A stretch of DNA of 64,000 bases, taken from the NCBI GenBank assembly GCA_040758355.1, contig JBFLWF010000001.1, positions 64,001 to 128,000 on the forward strand, read 5' to 3'. The position numbers and the translations under genes are program-made. The stretch is from Nitrospirota bacterium. GTDB lineage: Bacteria > Nitrospirota > Thermodesulfovibrionia > Thermodesulfovibrionales > Dissulfurispiraceae. Shown one piece after another: positions 41,387 through 52,516 of the stretch. Positions within the stretch are counted from its first letter, which is position 1. Every line of letters begins with the position of its first letter. The notes below the pieces were generated by a model. It saw nothing but the letters and a program-made list of their open reading frames with translations, was not told where the DNA came from and searched no databases.

Positions 41387-41893
41387 TCAATCCGTCAGCC
41401 GGAATTTGCTCGGCTTCAATATTATACCAAATGGCATGTTGGCAACGGTTTGTATTAAGATTGTCTGCAATGCATCGAGGATGCTTATGTTTATACTGGT
41501 AAAGATAATCCGGGAGCCTGCAACCATAACTCCATCGAGGATCGTAAAGACGACAATGGTTATCACACCCAAAAGGGGTGTCCATTTAAAGACGACCTCG
41601 GTAAAGACCACAATGGTCAGAAAACCGGTTAAGCCCTTGCTGAAAAAATTAGGGCCTATGATCGAACCCGAGAGGATGTCTTCCAGCAGGCCGACAAAGG
41701 CGCCGAAGACCGTGCTCTTTATCTCTGACCTGCTTCCGAAATAAACATCCGCCTTGTGGCTTCGAGGAAGGCTCTTCAGGCTGAAGAAATAAACGAGTAC
41801 AATAGAGAGGTTTAACGGTCTGTGGAAAATGGAAAGCTGGGTCTGTATGAGGAAGGTCAGAAAAATAAAAAATGCCCACTTTGCATAGTTCAT
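41387..41893 (-). CDS. mreD: Rod shape-determining protein MreD (divergent)
   Basis: Hydrophobic, G.FVGLLEDILSG motif, located between mreC and mrdA. Confidence 0.8.
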   Translation of the reverse strand: MNYAKWAFFIFLTFLIQTQLSIFHRPLNLSIVLVYFFSLKSLPRSHKADVYFGSRSEIKSTVFGAFVGLLEDILSGSIIGPNFFSKGLTGFLTIVVFTEVVFKWTPLLGVITIVVFTILDGVMVAGSRIIFTSINISILDALQTILIQTVANMPFGIILKPSKFRLTD

Positions 41894-41894
41894 A

Positions 41895-42670
41895 TCACTT
41901 GCTGAGAATAACCACTTCTTCTATTTTTGCATCAGACTGAAACGGTAAGACCTTTATATCCTGAAAAAATTCGATCCCTTCCTTCCTGACGCTGCTCACA
42001 ACACCAACGAGCAGCCCCGGAGGGAAAATACCGTCGAGCCCGGAGGTAACCGCCATTTCACCTTTTTCCACATCCTCTTCCGGCGGTACATATTTGAGGA
42101 TGCAGTACCGCTGGCCTGCGCCGGATATAACTCCTTCGTGCCTGCTGTTCTGAAGCCTGACGGCAACAGAAAAGTTCGGGTCTTTCAGGAGCAATACCTC
42201 CGAAGAATTATCCTTTATTGCATATATCTTGCCCACGAGGCCTTTTGGCGTAATAACAGACATATCCTTTTTAATGCCGCTATTTTTGCCCTTATCGAGG
42301 ATCATGGTATGCAGCAATCTGTCATAGCCACGCGCTATCACCTTTGCAGTGGTTACATAATTGGGAAGGTGCTCCTTTAAAGACAGAAGCTCCTTGAGCC
42401 TCTTGTTCTCCTGAACCATCTCTGCATATCGCTGTTTCTCGGTGAGGGCAGCAGTAAGTTCCTTTCTGAGACTTTTGTTTTCTTCAAATGTGCCCCAGAG
42501 TTCACGGAATGTCATGGTAACATTTAGAGTGAAATTGTTAAGGACGTCATAAGGGTAGGATAAAATCCTGAAGAGCGCAGAAGGCCTTCTGTTGTGATGG
42601 TACGTTATCAGTATAAGGGCAATCAGAGAAAGCAAGAACAGGATGATGATTCTCTTTTTGCCCTTTGACA

Positions 42671-42671
<1 letters not shown>
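41895..42671 (-). CDS. mreC: Rod shape-determining protein MreC
   Basis: N-terminal TM, coiled coil ENKRLKELL, LDKG and VTSGLDGIFP.GL. Confidence 0.93.
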
Positions 42672-43702
<1,031 letters not shown>

Positions 43703-43711
43703 TTAAACCTC

Positions 43712-44116
43712 CTATCCCTCAATTACCTTTGTATTCGCTATATCGTCTCCAAGTCTCATGCCGTCCTTGCTTCCCAGCATCAGGAGGAACTCCAATGCTA
43801 AAATAACAACAACAAACAACCACCCGGCCAAAGGGATCTTGTAAAGCAGGAGCGCTGCTATCAGGGGTGTGTTTCTCAGCACAGAGTCCCTGAAAGTTCC
43901 CGAACTGCCGGTGGAAAGGGATATCACCCTCAATTTCAATATCTTCTTCCCGATGCTCCTGCCGTCAAAAAGGCCGTCACTAATGAGAAGATAGATGAGA
44001 CCGGCGAGATACCCTACCTGAGGTATGGTCTTGGCTGCTGCGGCTATAATAATAAAATCCAGCATTTTTGCTATAACCCTTAGCAGCAAGCTTGCCTTTA
44101 TGCTCTCCTCAGGCAT
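43712..44116 (-). CDS. RDD-family membrane protein
   Basis: R..AKMLD, GRSIGKKILKLRV and RLGDDIANTKV; probable start MPEES at 44116. Confidence 0.85.
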   Translation of the reverse strand: MPEESIKASLLLRVIAKMLDFIIIAAAAKTIPQVGYLAGLIYLLISDGLFDGRSIGKKILKLRVISLSTGSSGTFRDSVLRNTPLIAALLLYKIPLAGWLFVVVILALEFLLMLGSKDGMRLGDDIANTKVIEG

Positions 44117-44169
44117 CGTTAATACTATCAGATGGCCTCTCTTTTTTTCAAGGATGGGTTTTTTAAAAT

Positions 44170-44207
44170 AGGGTGATTTCATTAAGGGGGGACTTCGTCC
44201 CCTTATG
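44170..44207 (+). repeat. REP-like hairpin copy 5
   Basis: AGGGTGATTTC-ATTAAGGGGGGAC-TTC-GTCCCCTTATG. Confidence 0.65.
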
Positions 44208-44352
44208 TAGAGGAGTGGTAAATTTTATTTCAATATGCTACTATACGCAAAAATGCAATATACGCTAAAAATAGTATATATTTACAGGCGTTTATGATAT
44301 ACTTTCTGTTAATAAACTTAAAATAAATTTATCCTTTTACAGGGGGTTTTAT

Positions 44353-46128
44353 ATGACAAGAGGCGGTGTGAGGTTTCTCATTTTTCTGCAACTGATTATA
44401 GCCATAATAGCAGCAGCTCCTTCACTCGTGCATTCCGGCGAGATCGTTATAAAGCCCGGAAAATTCGACCACTTCAATGTCTCGATGCCCGACAGGATAG
44501 TTGCCGGAGAAGATGTCTCCATAAGATTACAGGCAGTGGATGCCTTTAATAACATTATCACCAATTTCGGAGAGACCGGAAAGGAGTTCCATGCAACGGT
44601 TTCCGGCTCTGCCTCGATAAGCCCTGCAACCTTTAAATCAACCTCCTTTGTAAACGGAACCTTAACAATAAACATTTCGGATAAGGTTGCCGAGACCATT
44701 AACCTTTCTGTAAGGGAAAGCGGTATTCCCATCCCTATTCTGTCAAAGGATTTGGCCATAACCCCAAATAAACTGAATTCCTTTGTGATAAAAGGACCGA
44801 GAACCGCCCAGGCAGGTGAAAAATTCGATGTAAATATCATCGCAAAGGACTCCTTTGGAAATACTGTTTCAGAGCCGATCTTTGGGAAAAATATGAATCT
44901 TATATTCAAGGGCAATGCCGAGCCAAGGGTCGATATGCCTGCAATCCCCGACTTCAAAAACGGCATATGCGCTGTTACGCTTATATCACAAAAGTCAGGC
45001 ACTGCAATAGTAGAGGCAAAGGATTTAATCACAGGAAGTTCGGGAACAAGCGAAAAGATCGATGTAATCAACGGCCCTGTGAATTCATTCAGGGTATTTG
45101 TTCCAAAAGAAATCATTGCGGGCGAGCCTTTTGAGGTGTCCGTAGTCGCCGTTGACCGTTTCGGCAATGTCGTATCGAATTATTCTACAACAGGGAGCGG
45201 TGTAATAATCACGTCATCCGGGAAATTAAAACCATTCCCTTCCTCATTGCCGGCATACGAATTCGTAAACGGACAGGCAAAATTCGATCTCAGATACGAT
45301 GCTGCCGAAGATATATCCATAATCATTACAGAAATGGGAAAAGCCCAGAAGGGCACAAGCGAGGGCATAAAGGTGGTTTCGCCGATACCGGAGAGGTATG
45401 AGATTACAACCCCGGATTCTGCAGTTGCAGGGCAGAAGTTCAAGATAAAGATAACGGTCTACAACCAGCTCGGGCATGTAATAAGGAATTACAATATAGT
45501 CGGCCCTGATGTCCAGCTTTCCACAACAGGTACAGGAACACTTATGCCGAACAGGATACCCGCATCCGAGTTTGTTAACGGCACGTCAGTTGTCGAGGTT
45601 CAGTACAACAAGTCGGAATCCTTTGCAATTACTGCTGGCCCTGTAAAGCCTGCCGTGGCTGTAAAGAAACCTGCTGCAGCACCGGTTAAACAGCCGGCAA
45701 AGGCAGCGCCGCCTGCAAAGGAGGCAAAGGAGCCGAAGAAGCCGAAGAAGGCAAAGGAAGAAAAAAAGGATAAAGAGAAGGAGAAAAAAGCAGAGGCAAA
45801 GGCCCTTGAGATTACAAATGTATCGCTTGTTGAGCCGAAGAAGAAGTCTACCATCTCAATACACATCCCGAATCTCGATGCAGCCGTAAAATACAGCGCA
45901 GCCACAGAGACGGTTGAGGGCAAAAAATGGATTATTGTCAGGATAAAGCCGGCAGTGAGCAAGATAGAAAAGGCCGTGAAGTTCGAATCATCCTTTGTCG
46001 GTAATGTTGTGGTAGAGGAAGACAAGAAGGAGAAGGGTGCTGTGCTCGTTAAGATCGAACAACTAAAGCCCACAAAGTTTCATGTAACAAAGGAGAAAAA
46101 CTCCCTTACCGTTACTTTGAAACACTAA
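44353..46128 (+). CDS. Exported protein with four tandem Ig-like repeats, a P/A/K-rich linker and a C-terminal beta domain
   Basis: Signal-like N-terminus; repeats AGEDVSIRLQAVDAFNN, AGEKFDVNIIAKDSFGN, AGEPFEVSVVAVDRFGN and AGQKFKIKITVYNQLGH about 100 aa apart. Confidence 0.75.
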   Translation: MTRGGVRFLIFLQLIIAIIAAAPSLVHSGEIVIKPGKFDHFNVSMPDRIVAGEDVSIRLQAVDAFNNIITNFGETGKEFHATVSGSASISPATFKSTSFVNGTLTINISDKVAETINLSVRESGIPIPILSKDLAITPNKLNSFVIKGPRTAQAGEKFDVNIIAKDSFGNTVSEPIFGKNMNLIFKGNAEPRVDMPAIPDFKNGICAVTLISQKSGTAIVEAKDLITGSSGTSEKIDVINGPVNSFRVFVPKEIIAGEPFEVSVVAVDRFGNVVSNYSTTGSGVIITSSGKLKPFPSSLPAYEFVNGQAKFDLRYDAAEDISIIITEMGKAQKGTSEGIKVVSPIPERYEITTPDSAVAGQKFKIKITVYNQLGHVIRNYNIVGPDVQLSTTGTGTLMPNRIPASEFVNGTSVVEVQYNKSESFAITAGPVKPAVAVKKPAAAPVKQPAKAAPPAKEAKEPKKPKKAKEEKKDKEKEKKAEAKALEITNVSLVEPKKKSTISIHIPNLDAAVKYSAATETVEGKKWIIVRIKPAVSKIEKAVKFESSFVGNVVVEEDKKEKGAVLVKIEQLKPTKFHVTKEKNSLTVTLKH

Positions 46129-46135
46129 CAAATAC

Positions 46136-46210
46136 AGGTAAAGGTAGAGGTAAAGGTAAAGTAGAGAAAAGGGTTAAGCAAAGGCCTTTCTTTACCTTTG
46201 CCTCTACCTT
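46136..46210. repeat. Inverted pair of 6-nt tandem arrays upstream of ftsY
   Basis: AAGGTAGAGGTAAAGGTAAAG (46141-46161) pairs with CTTTACCTTTGCCTCTACCTT (46190-46210). Confidence 0.85.
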
Positions 46211-46225
46211 TTTACTGTCGTAATT

Positions 46226-47131
46226 ATGGGATTCTTAGACAAACTAAAATCAGGCCTTACAAAGACAAAGAAGAATATTGTCGAGAGGGTTGAGTCAATA
46301 CTCCTGAGCAGGGCTATTGACGATTCAGCCATTGAAGACATCGAAGAAGTGCTTATCACATCGGATGTTGGAGCTGAGGCTACAGATGAGATAGTAAGCC
46401 TTCTTAGAGAAAAAGTAAAGTCTGGTGAAATAAAGAACTCAGATGATGTAAAGTCCTGTTTAAAAAACGAGATGGCTCTATTGCTCGGCAAATCCCAGCC
46501 GCTCGTAACCTTCGGAGAAAAGCCATTTGTAATCCTTACAGTTGGCGTCAACGGCGTGGGCAAAACCACGACCATAGGCAAGCTTTCATCAAGATTCATA
46601 TCAGAAGGGAATTCTGTGATCTTAGCTGCTGCGGATACATTCAGGGCTGCTGCAATAGAACAACTCGAAATATGGGCGAAGCGCTCAGGAGCGGATATAA
46701 TCAAGCACCAGAGCGGCTCTGACCCTGCTGCCGTTGCCTTTGATGCTGTGGAGGCTGCAAAGGCACGCGGAATCGATATAGTAATTATCGATACAGCGGG
46801 AAGGCTCCACACAAAGAGCCAGCTCATGGACGAGCTTAAAAAGATTAACCGTGTCATCAAGAAATCCATACCTGATGCACCGCAGGAGATACTTCTTATA
46901 GTTGATGCAACAACAGGTCAAAATGCATTGAGGCAGGCGCAGATATTCAACGAGGCAATAGGCATAACAGGCATCGCTCTTACAAAACTCGACGGCACTG
47001 CAAAGGGCGGGATTATCTTCGCAATAAAGAAGGAATTAGGCATACCTGTAAGGCTTATAGGCATTGGGGAGAGAGTTGACGACCTCAAGGACTTCGATCC
47101 GGAGGACTTCGTTACTGCCCTGTTTGAGTAA
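46226..47131 (+). CDS. ftsY: Signal recognition particle receptor FtsY
   Basis: [22 protein letters not shown] and [10 protein letters not shown]. Confidence 0.98.
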   Translation: MGFLDKLKSGLTKTKKNIVERVESILLSRAIDDSAIEDIEEVLITSDVGAEATDEIVSLLREKVKSGEIKNSDDVKSCLKNEMALLLGKSQPLVTFGEKPFVILTVGVNGVGKTTTIGKLSSRFISEGNSVILAAADTFRAAAIEQLEIWAKRSGADIIKHQSGSDPAAVAFDAVEAAKARGIDIVIIDTAGRLHTKSQLMDELKKINRVIKKSIPDAPQEILLIVDATTGQNALRQAQIFNEAIGITGIALTKLDGTAKGGIIFAIKKELGIPVRLIGIGERVDDLKDFDPEDFVTALFE

Positions 47132-48089
47132 GGCTCCCGATTTTTCTGATCTTTTTATACCTTTCCTCTATCAACTTCGCAGGGCTTTTTGATTGAATGG
47201 ATTCCAGAGACTTCAAGATATATTCCGCTATATTTTTTGATGTTGTTTCAGGCTCCCTGTGCGCGCCGCCGAGGGGCTCTGGAATTATGTCATCGATAAT
47301 CTTAAAAGACTTCAAGTCATCTGCAGTGAGTTTAAGAGCGTCTGCTGCCCGTGAGAAGTCATCAGTCGTCAGATCTCCTCCCCTTTTCCATAAAATAGCT
47401 GCACATCCTTCTGGAGAGATTACGGAATAAACAGAATGCTCTAACATATAGAGCCTGTCCGCAATGCTTAATGCAAGGGCGCCGCCGCTTCCGCCTTCAC
47501 CTATCACTATGGAGATTATGGGAGTCCTGATCCTCGACATCTCCATGAGATTTGTTGCTATTGCTTCTGCCTGTCCCCGCTCCTCTGCGCCTATTCCTGG
47601 ATATGCACCGGGGGTATCTATGAATGTTACTATGGGAATCTTAAACCTTTCTGCCAGCCTCATCAATCTGAGCGCCTTTCTGTAGCCTTCCGGATTGGGC
47701 TGCCCGAAGTTTCTGGATATCCTTTCCTTTGTGCCCCTGCCTTTCTGGTGGCCGATAATGACCATAGGGATACCGTTAATCTTTCCGATTCCCCCAACAA
47801 TGGCAGGGTCGTCCGCGAATCTCCTGTCTCCGTGCAGTTCGATGAAATCCTCGGCTATCATACCGATATAATCGAGGGTATACGGCCTTTCGGGATGGCG
47901 CGCTATCATGGTCTTCTGCCACGGAGTGAGATTGGAAAAAATCTCTGAGCGCAATTCCTTTGCCTTTTTTTCGAGGCGCTTTATTTCCGATGCTATATCT
48001 ATCTCTGTGCCGTCGGAGAGCTTTTTCAGTTCTTCGATCTTTGTTTCGAGCTCTTCCAATGGCTTTTCAAAATCGAGGTAATAACCCAT
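47112..48089 (-). CDS. accA: Acetyl-CoA carboxylase carboxyltransferase alpha subunit
   Basis: [29 protein letters not shown] and SPEGCAAIL; probable start MGYYLDF at 48089. Confidence 0.97.
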   Translation of the reverse strand: MGYYLDFEKPLEELETKIEELKKLSDGTEIDIASEIKRLEKKAKELRSEIFSNLTPWQKTMIARHPERPYTLDYIGMIAEDFIELHGDRRFADDPAIVGGIGKINGIPMVIIGHQKGRGTKERISRNFGQPNPEGYRKALRLMRLAERFKIPIVTFIDTPGAYPGIGAEERGQAEAIATNLMEMSRIRTPIISIVIGEGGSGGALALSIADRLYMLEHSVYSVISPEGCAAILWKRGGDLTTDDFSRAADALKLTADDLKSFKIIDDIIPEPLGGAHREPETTSKNIAEYILKSLESIQSKSPAKLIEERYKKIRKIGSLTQTGQ

Positions 48090-48101
48090 AGTCGCTTTGC
48101 T

Positions 48102-48173
48102 CCAAATTCTAAATCCTAATATCCAAATCCCAGACAAAATTGTTTAGAGTTTAGGATTTAGCATTTCGGATTT
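48102..48173. repeat. Inverted pair of 7-nt tandem arrays between dnaE and accA
   Basis: CCAAATT CTAAATC CTAATAT CCAAATC ... GTTTAGA GTTTAGG ATTTAGC ATTTCGG. Confidence 0.75.
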
Positions 48174-51100
48174 TTAATTTATTTTTACTGTTACTCCTGC
48201 AATCCTTTCTGCCTCTGCTGCAAAATTGCTGCAGGGCGGGAGTTTAGAAGCTATAATAACACAATAATCTGGAAGATAAAACCTGAATGATATGCTGTCT
48301 TTGCCGTTCGGCGTATCTCCCATTAATCTCTTTATTGTCCTGAACCTTTCGGCAGCATCTTCAAAATTGTCGCATTTCATGGCCACTTCATATTTCGTAC
48401 AGAGTTCCATGTCTGAGAGGTTCTGTATCTCCCTTGCCATAACCTTTGCTCCCTTCTCTGACTTGAACACCTGTCCTTTTATCAAAATCAGATTACCTTT
48501 TTTAAGAAGGTCTGCACTCTTTTTATAAAGGTCGGGGAATACAAGCATTTCACAGCTTCCTGTCTCATCCTCCAGATTCAGATAAGCTGTGACCCCCTTC
48601 TCCTTTGCCCTTGTCTTTATTTCGCTTATAATTCCTGCGACTGTAACATCAGCCCTCTCGTCCCTGTCTTCCACACCCGATAGTTGTGTAACATCCATAG
48701 TGGATAATGTCTTTCTGTACCTTGTCAATGGATGGCCTGATATATAGAAACCGAGGGCCTCCTTTTCATAATTCAATAACGTTGTTTCATCCCACGGCTG
48801 GACTGCATTAACGGCAATATCACTGTCCCCGAAAAGTCCCGGGCCAAAGCCGTTCGTCCTATGAGATGACGTTAAAGCATCAACAGCCTTTGCCCGTGCA
48901 ATAAACTTGCTCTCTGTATAAAGGGAATCGAATGCGCCTGCCTTTATCAGGCTTTCAACAACCTTTTTGTTCACCTTTTTATTATCAACCCTTGAAAGAA
49001 ATTTATCAAAGGATTCAAAATAGCCGTTCTGCCTCTCCTGAAGGATTATCTCTATGGCTGCAGAGCCGACACCCTTTACAGCCTCGAGACCAAACCTCAC
49101 AGAACTTCCAACGATCTTGAACTCCCTTTCGCTCTCATTAATATCAGGCGGCAATATCTCTATGGACATATTTCTGCATTCATTTATGAGCTTGACGATC
49201 TTATCCGTATCTCCCATGTCTGTACTGAGGTTTGCTGTCATGAACTCAACAGGATAGTGCGCCTTTAGGTATGCTGTCTGGTATGCAAGATATGCATAAG
49301 CTGCAGAATGAGATTTGTTAAATCCGTATTCTGCAAAGAATGCCATTAGCTCAAAGAGCCTTGCAGCCTTTTTATCAGGGATTCCATTGGCAATGGCCCC
49401 GCTCAGGAAGACCTCTTTCTGCTTTTCCATCTCCTCTGGCTTTTTCTTTCCCATAGCCCTTCTGAGGAGGTCTGCCTGCCCCATTGAAAAGTTTGCTATC
49501 TTGTTTGCGATCCTCATGACCTGTTCCTGATAAAGGATTACCCCGTAGGTCTCATCGAGAATCTCCTTTAATTGCGGCAGCTCATATTCGACCTCTGTCT
49601 CTCCCTTTTTCCTCTTAATGAAATCGTCTATCATTCCGCTGCCTATAGGGCCCGGGCGGTAAAGGGCAACGAGGGCAATGAGGTCTTCGAATCTATTCGG
49701 TCTCATCTTTACGAGTATATCCCTCATGCCTGCGCTTTCGAGCTGGAATATGCCTGTTGTCTCTCCAGAGCTCAATAGCTTGTATGTTCCTTCATCCTCG
49801 ATTGGGATTTCGGATAGGATTATCTCTTTCCCTTGCTGCTTTATGTAATCAACGGTTTTTTCGAGGACTGTGAGTGTCTTTAAACCGAGGAAATCGAACT
49901 TCAGAAGGCCGACACTCTCTACAGATCCCATGTCGAATTGTGTGGTAATGGTTTCTTCAGAAGGATTTTTATAAAGCGGCATGAAATCTGTCAATGGTTT
50001 CGGGGCTATAACTACCCCTGCTGCATGGGTGGAGGCATGGCGTGATAATCCCTCCAGCCTCTTTGCAATGTCCAGCAGCTCTTTTACTGTTTGATTGCTG
50101 TCGTATAATTCTTTAAGCTGCGGCTCCAATTTCAGGGCATCGTCAATACTTATGTTATGTCCAGGGACGAGCTTTGCTATTTTGTCGACATCTGCATAGG
50201 GAATATCCATTACCCTTCCCACATCCCTTATTGCTGCCTTTGCAGCCATCGTCCCGAATGTTATTATCTGGGCAACATGGTCGCTGCCGTATTTTTCAGA
50301 GACATAACTGATAACCTCCGGCCTCCTGTCCTTGCAGAAATCCACATCGATATCAGGCATGCTTATTCTTTCAGGATTAAGGAACCTCTCGAAGAGGAGG
50401 TTGTACTTAATAGGGTCTATCTCTGTTATATCGAGACAAAAGGCAACGAGGCTTCCCGCAGCAGAGCCCCTTCCAGGGCCGACTGGGATGCCGTTTTTTC
50501 TTGCATAGCTTATGAAGTCCCAGACTATGAGGAAATAAGAAGAATAACCCATTTTCCTTATCATCTGAAGCTCCATCTTAAGGCGCTCAAGATAATTCTG
50601 CGGAGGATTGCCTTTGAATTTGACTTTAAGTCCGTTGATGGCAAGATCTTCGAGATAGGAATCGGGTGAAACGCCGTTGGGCAGCTCGTACTTTGGAAGG
50701 AGGCTCTTTCCGAGGACAAAATCGAGATTGCACCGCTCGGCAATCATCCTTGTATTCAATATGGCCTCTGGCGTCTCGTGAAATGCCTGTTTCATCTCGT
50801 CAGGGGATTTGAAATAGAACTCATTGGTCGACATCCTCATCCTCTTTTCATCCTTTACAGTCTTTCCTGTCTGTATGCAGAGAAGGATGTCATGCGCCCT
50901 TGCATCCTCTTTTTTCAGATAGTGGCAGTCGTTTGTTGCAACAAGGGGGATATGGAGTTCCTGAGAAAGCTCGATGAGTTTTTTATTTGTCTCTTCCTGT
51001 TCAGGCATACCATTGTGCTGTATCTCGAAAAAGAAATTCTCAGGGCCGAGGATATGCTTGTACTGCAAGGCTGCCTCCCGTGCCCTCTCAATTTGCCCGT

Positions 51101-51569
51101 ACTGAAGATAATAAGGCACCTCTCCCTTAAGACACGCAGTAAGGCCTATGAGCCCGCCGCTGTATTGCTCAAGGAGTTTTTTGTCTATCCTCGGCTTGTA
51201 ATAGAAGCCTTCGAGGTATGCCTTTGAAACGAGGGATGTCAGATTTTTGTAACCATTACTGTCTTTTGCGAGAAGGATGAGATGAAATGCTGCCTCTTCT
51301 GAAAGGCCATTGTCTATATTCGTCTTTGACCTGTCAAGCCTGCTGTTTGGCGCAACATATACCTCACAGCCGATTATGGGCTTTATGCCCTTTTTTATGG
51401 CCTTTTTATAAAACTCGATGACGCCAAAGAGATTGCCGTGGTCGGTGATGGCAACAGCCGGCATTTTATAGGCAGATGCCTGCTCCACAAGCTCATCGAT
51501 TTTTATTGCACCGTCCAAAAGGCTGTATTCTGTATGCAAATGGAGGGGGACAAAATCAGAATGCTGCAT
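48174..51569 (-). CDS. dnaE: DNA polymerase III alpha subunit
   Basis: HLHTEYSLLDG, GPGRGSAAGS, MPDIDVDF, KFDFLGL and YGFNKSH. Confidence 0.98.
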   Translation of the reverse strand: MQHSDFVPLHLHTEYSLLDGAIKIDELVEQASAYKMPAVAITDHGNLFGVIEFYKKAIKKGIKPIIGCEVYVAPNSRLDRSKTNIDNGLSEEAAFHLILLAKDSNGYKNLTSLVSKAYLEGFYYKPRIDKKLLEQYSGGLIGLTACLKGEVPYYLQYGQIERAREAALQYKHILGPENFFFEIQHNGMPEQEETNKKLIELSQELHIPLVATNDCHYLKKEDARAHDILLCIQTGKTVKDEKRMRMSTNEFYFKSPDEMKQAFHETPEAILNTRMIAERCNLDFVLGKSLLPKYELPNGVSPDSYLEDLAINGLKVKFKGNPPQNYLERLKMELQMIRKMGYSSYFLIVWDFISYARKNGIPVGPGRGSAAGSLVAFCLDITEIDPIKYNLLFERFLNPERISMPDIDVDFCKDRRPEVISYVSEKYGSDHVAQIITFGTMAAKAAIRDVGRVMDIPYADVDKIAKLVPGHNISIDDALKLEPQLKELYDSNQTVKELLDIAKRLEGLSRHASTHAAGVVIAPKPLTDFMPLYKNPSEETITTQFDMGSVESVGLLKFDFLGLKTLTVLEKTVDYIKQQGKEIILSEIPIEDEGTYKLLSSGETTGIFQLESAGMRDILVKMRPNRFEDLIALVALYRPGPIGSGMIDDFIKRKKGETEVEYELPQLKEILDETYGVILYQEQVMRIANKIANFSMGQADLLRRAMGKKKPEEMEKQKEVFLSGAIANGIPDKKAARLFELMAFFAEYGFNKSHSAAYAYLAYQTAYLKAHYPVEFMTANLSTDMGDTDKIVKLINECRNMSIEILPPDINESEREFKIVGSSVRFGLEAVKGVGSAAIEIILQERQNGYFESFDKFLSRVDNKKVNKKVVESLIKAGAFDSLYTESKFIARAKAVDALTSSHRTNGFGPGLFGDSDIAVNAVQPWDETTLLNYEKEALGFYISGHPLTRYRKTLSTMDVTQLSGVEDRDERADVTVAGIISEIKTRAKEKGVTAYLNLEDETGSCEMLVFPDLYKKSADLLKKGNLILIKGQVFKSEKGAKVMAREIQNLSDMELCTKYEVAMKCDNFEDAAERFRTIKRLMGDTPNGKDSISFRFYLPDYCVIIASKLPPCSNFAAEAERIAGVTVKIN

Positions 51570-51574
51570 GGGAA

Positions 51575-51604
51575 ATTTTACAGTTATAGAGAAAGTTTAG
51601 TCAA
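51575..51604 (-). promoter_or_regulatory. dnaE promoter, probably giving a leaderless transcript
   Basis: TTGACT-N18-TAAAAT-N5-ATG; no SD. Confidence 0.6.
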
Positions 51605-51840
51605 ATGCCAAACCCATCGATAAGGATGGGTCTCTGGAGTGAATAGCTATGTTTTGGCAACAGTTCTTTGCGACTGGAGCGTCAGGCAATGGCATAATCT
51701 TGGAGCGACCATACCATTGCCTGACAGACGCAACTGTCTGAGCAAAGCGAGTTTTGCGGCTGTAGCACAAGGAGCATTAGAACGTCAAAACATAGCTCCT
51801 GAACGAAAGAGACTTATCCTTATCGCTGGATCGCTGAAAT
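51604..51840 (+). repeat. ~220-bp structured dispersed element, copy 1
   Basis: Near-identical to 62345-62582; nested inverted repeats CGATAAGGATGGGTCTCT/AGAGACTTATCCTTATCG and GTCAGGCAATGG/CCATTGCCTGAC. Confidence 0.92.
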
Positions 51841-51864
51841 ATTAAAATGTGCTATTCTTTAACT

Positions 51865-52404
51865 ATGAAAGGTATTGTCTTATGGGTAACAGGTCTGCCC
51901 GGAAGCGGGAAAAGCACAGTTGCCGACGGCATAAAGAATCGATTCCCTGATTTTGTGATCCTCAGAATGGATGAACTGAGGAAGATTGTTACGCCTAAAC
52001 CGACATATTCTGAAGATGAAAGGGAGATGGTCTACCGCGCTATTGTCTATATGGCAAAGACCCTTTCGGGGCTTGATCACAATGTCATTATCGATGCCAC
52101 AGGGAATATGCGAAGGTGGAGAGAGCTTGCAAGACAGCTTATCCCGAATTTTGCTGAAATCTATCTGAAGTGCCCCATAGATGTTTGCATGGAGAGGGAG
52201 TTTTCGCGCAAGAAAACACGCGGAGCGCCGAAGGGCATATATAAAAAGGGCAGGGCCGGATGGCCTGTGCCGGGAGTGCAGGTACCATACGAAGAGCCAT
52301 TAAATCCTGAGCTTACCATAGAAACAGACAGGGCCTCTCTAAAAGAGGCCTTGTCGATTATTTTTAAATTCATTTCAAATCCAATATTGTCAAAACCCTT
52401 ATAG
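51865..52404 (+). CDS. Adenylyl-sulfate-kinase-like P-loop kinase
   Basis: WVTGLPGSGKST, EIYLKCP and PGVQVPYEEPLNPEL; probable start MKGIVLW at 51865. Confidence 0.75.
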   Translation: MKGIVLWVTGLPGSGKSTVADGIKNRFPDFVILRMDELRKIVTPKPTYSEDEREMVYRAIVYMAKTLSGLDHNVIIDATGNMRRWRELARQLIPNFAEIYLKCPIDVCMEREFSRKKTRGAPKGIYKKGRAGWPVPGVQVPYEEPLNPELTIETDRASLKEALSIIFKFISNPILSKPL

Positions 52405-52516
52405 TGCTATTCGAAATTTCAGGCTGTCTAATTTTTCGGTTATTACTTGTGATTGGAAAAAATTTTAAGTTATACTTGCAGAAATAAAAATTACAATCAC
52501 TTCCGGGGGGGGAACA

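Noticed and set aside
44242..44272. Direct repeat TATACGC(T)AAAAAT x2 in the RDD/Ig-protein divergent gap
   Set aside because: Possible regulator site, but only two AT-rich copies and no supporting context.
47112..47131. 20-bp convergent 3' overlaps (ftsY/accA; also ATPase/uvrB and the last two ORFs)
   Set aside because: Short convergent overlaps are common in compact genomes; no evidence of function.
51639..51845. 68-aa ORF inside the structured element
   Set aside because: Copy 2 has a 1-nt indel that changes this frame, and the ORF has no recognisable motif; the element is better explained as non-coding.
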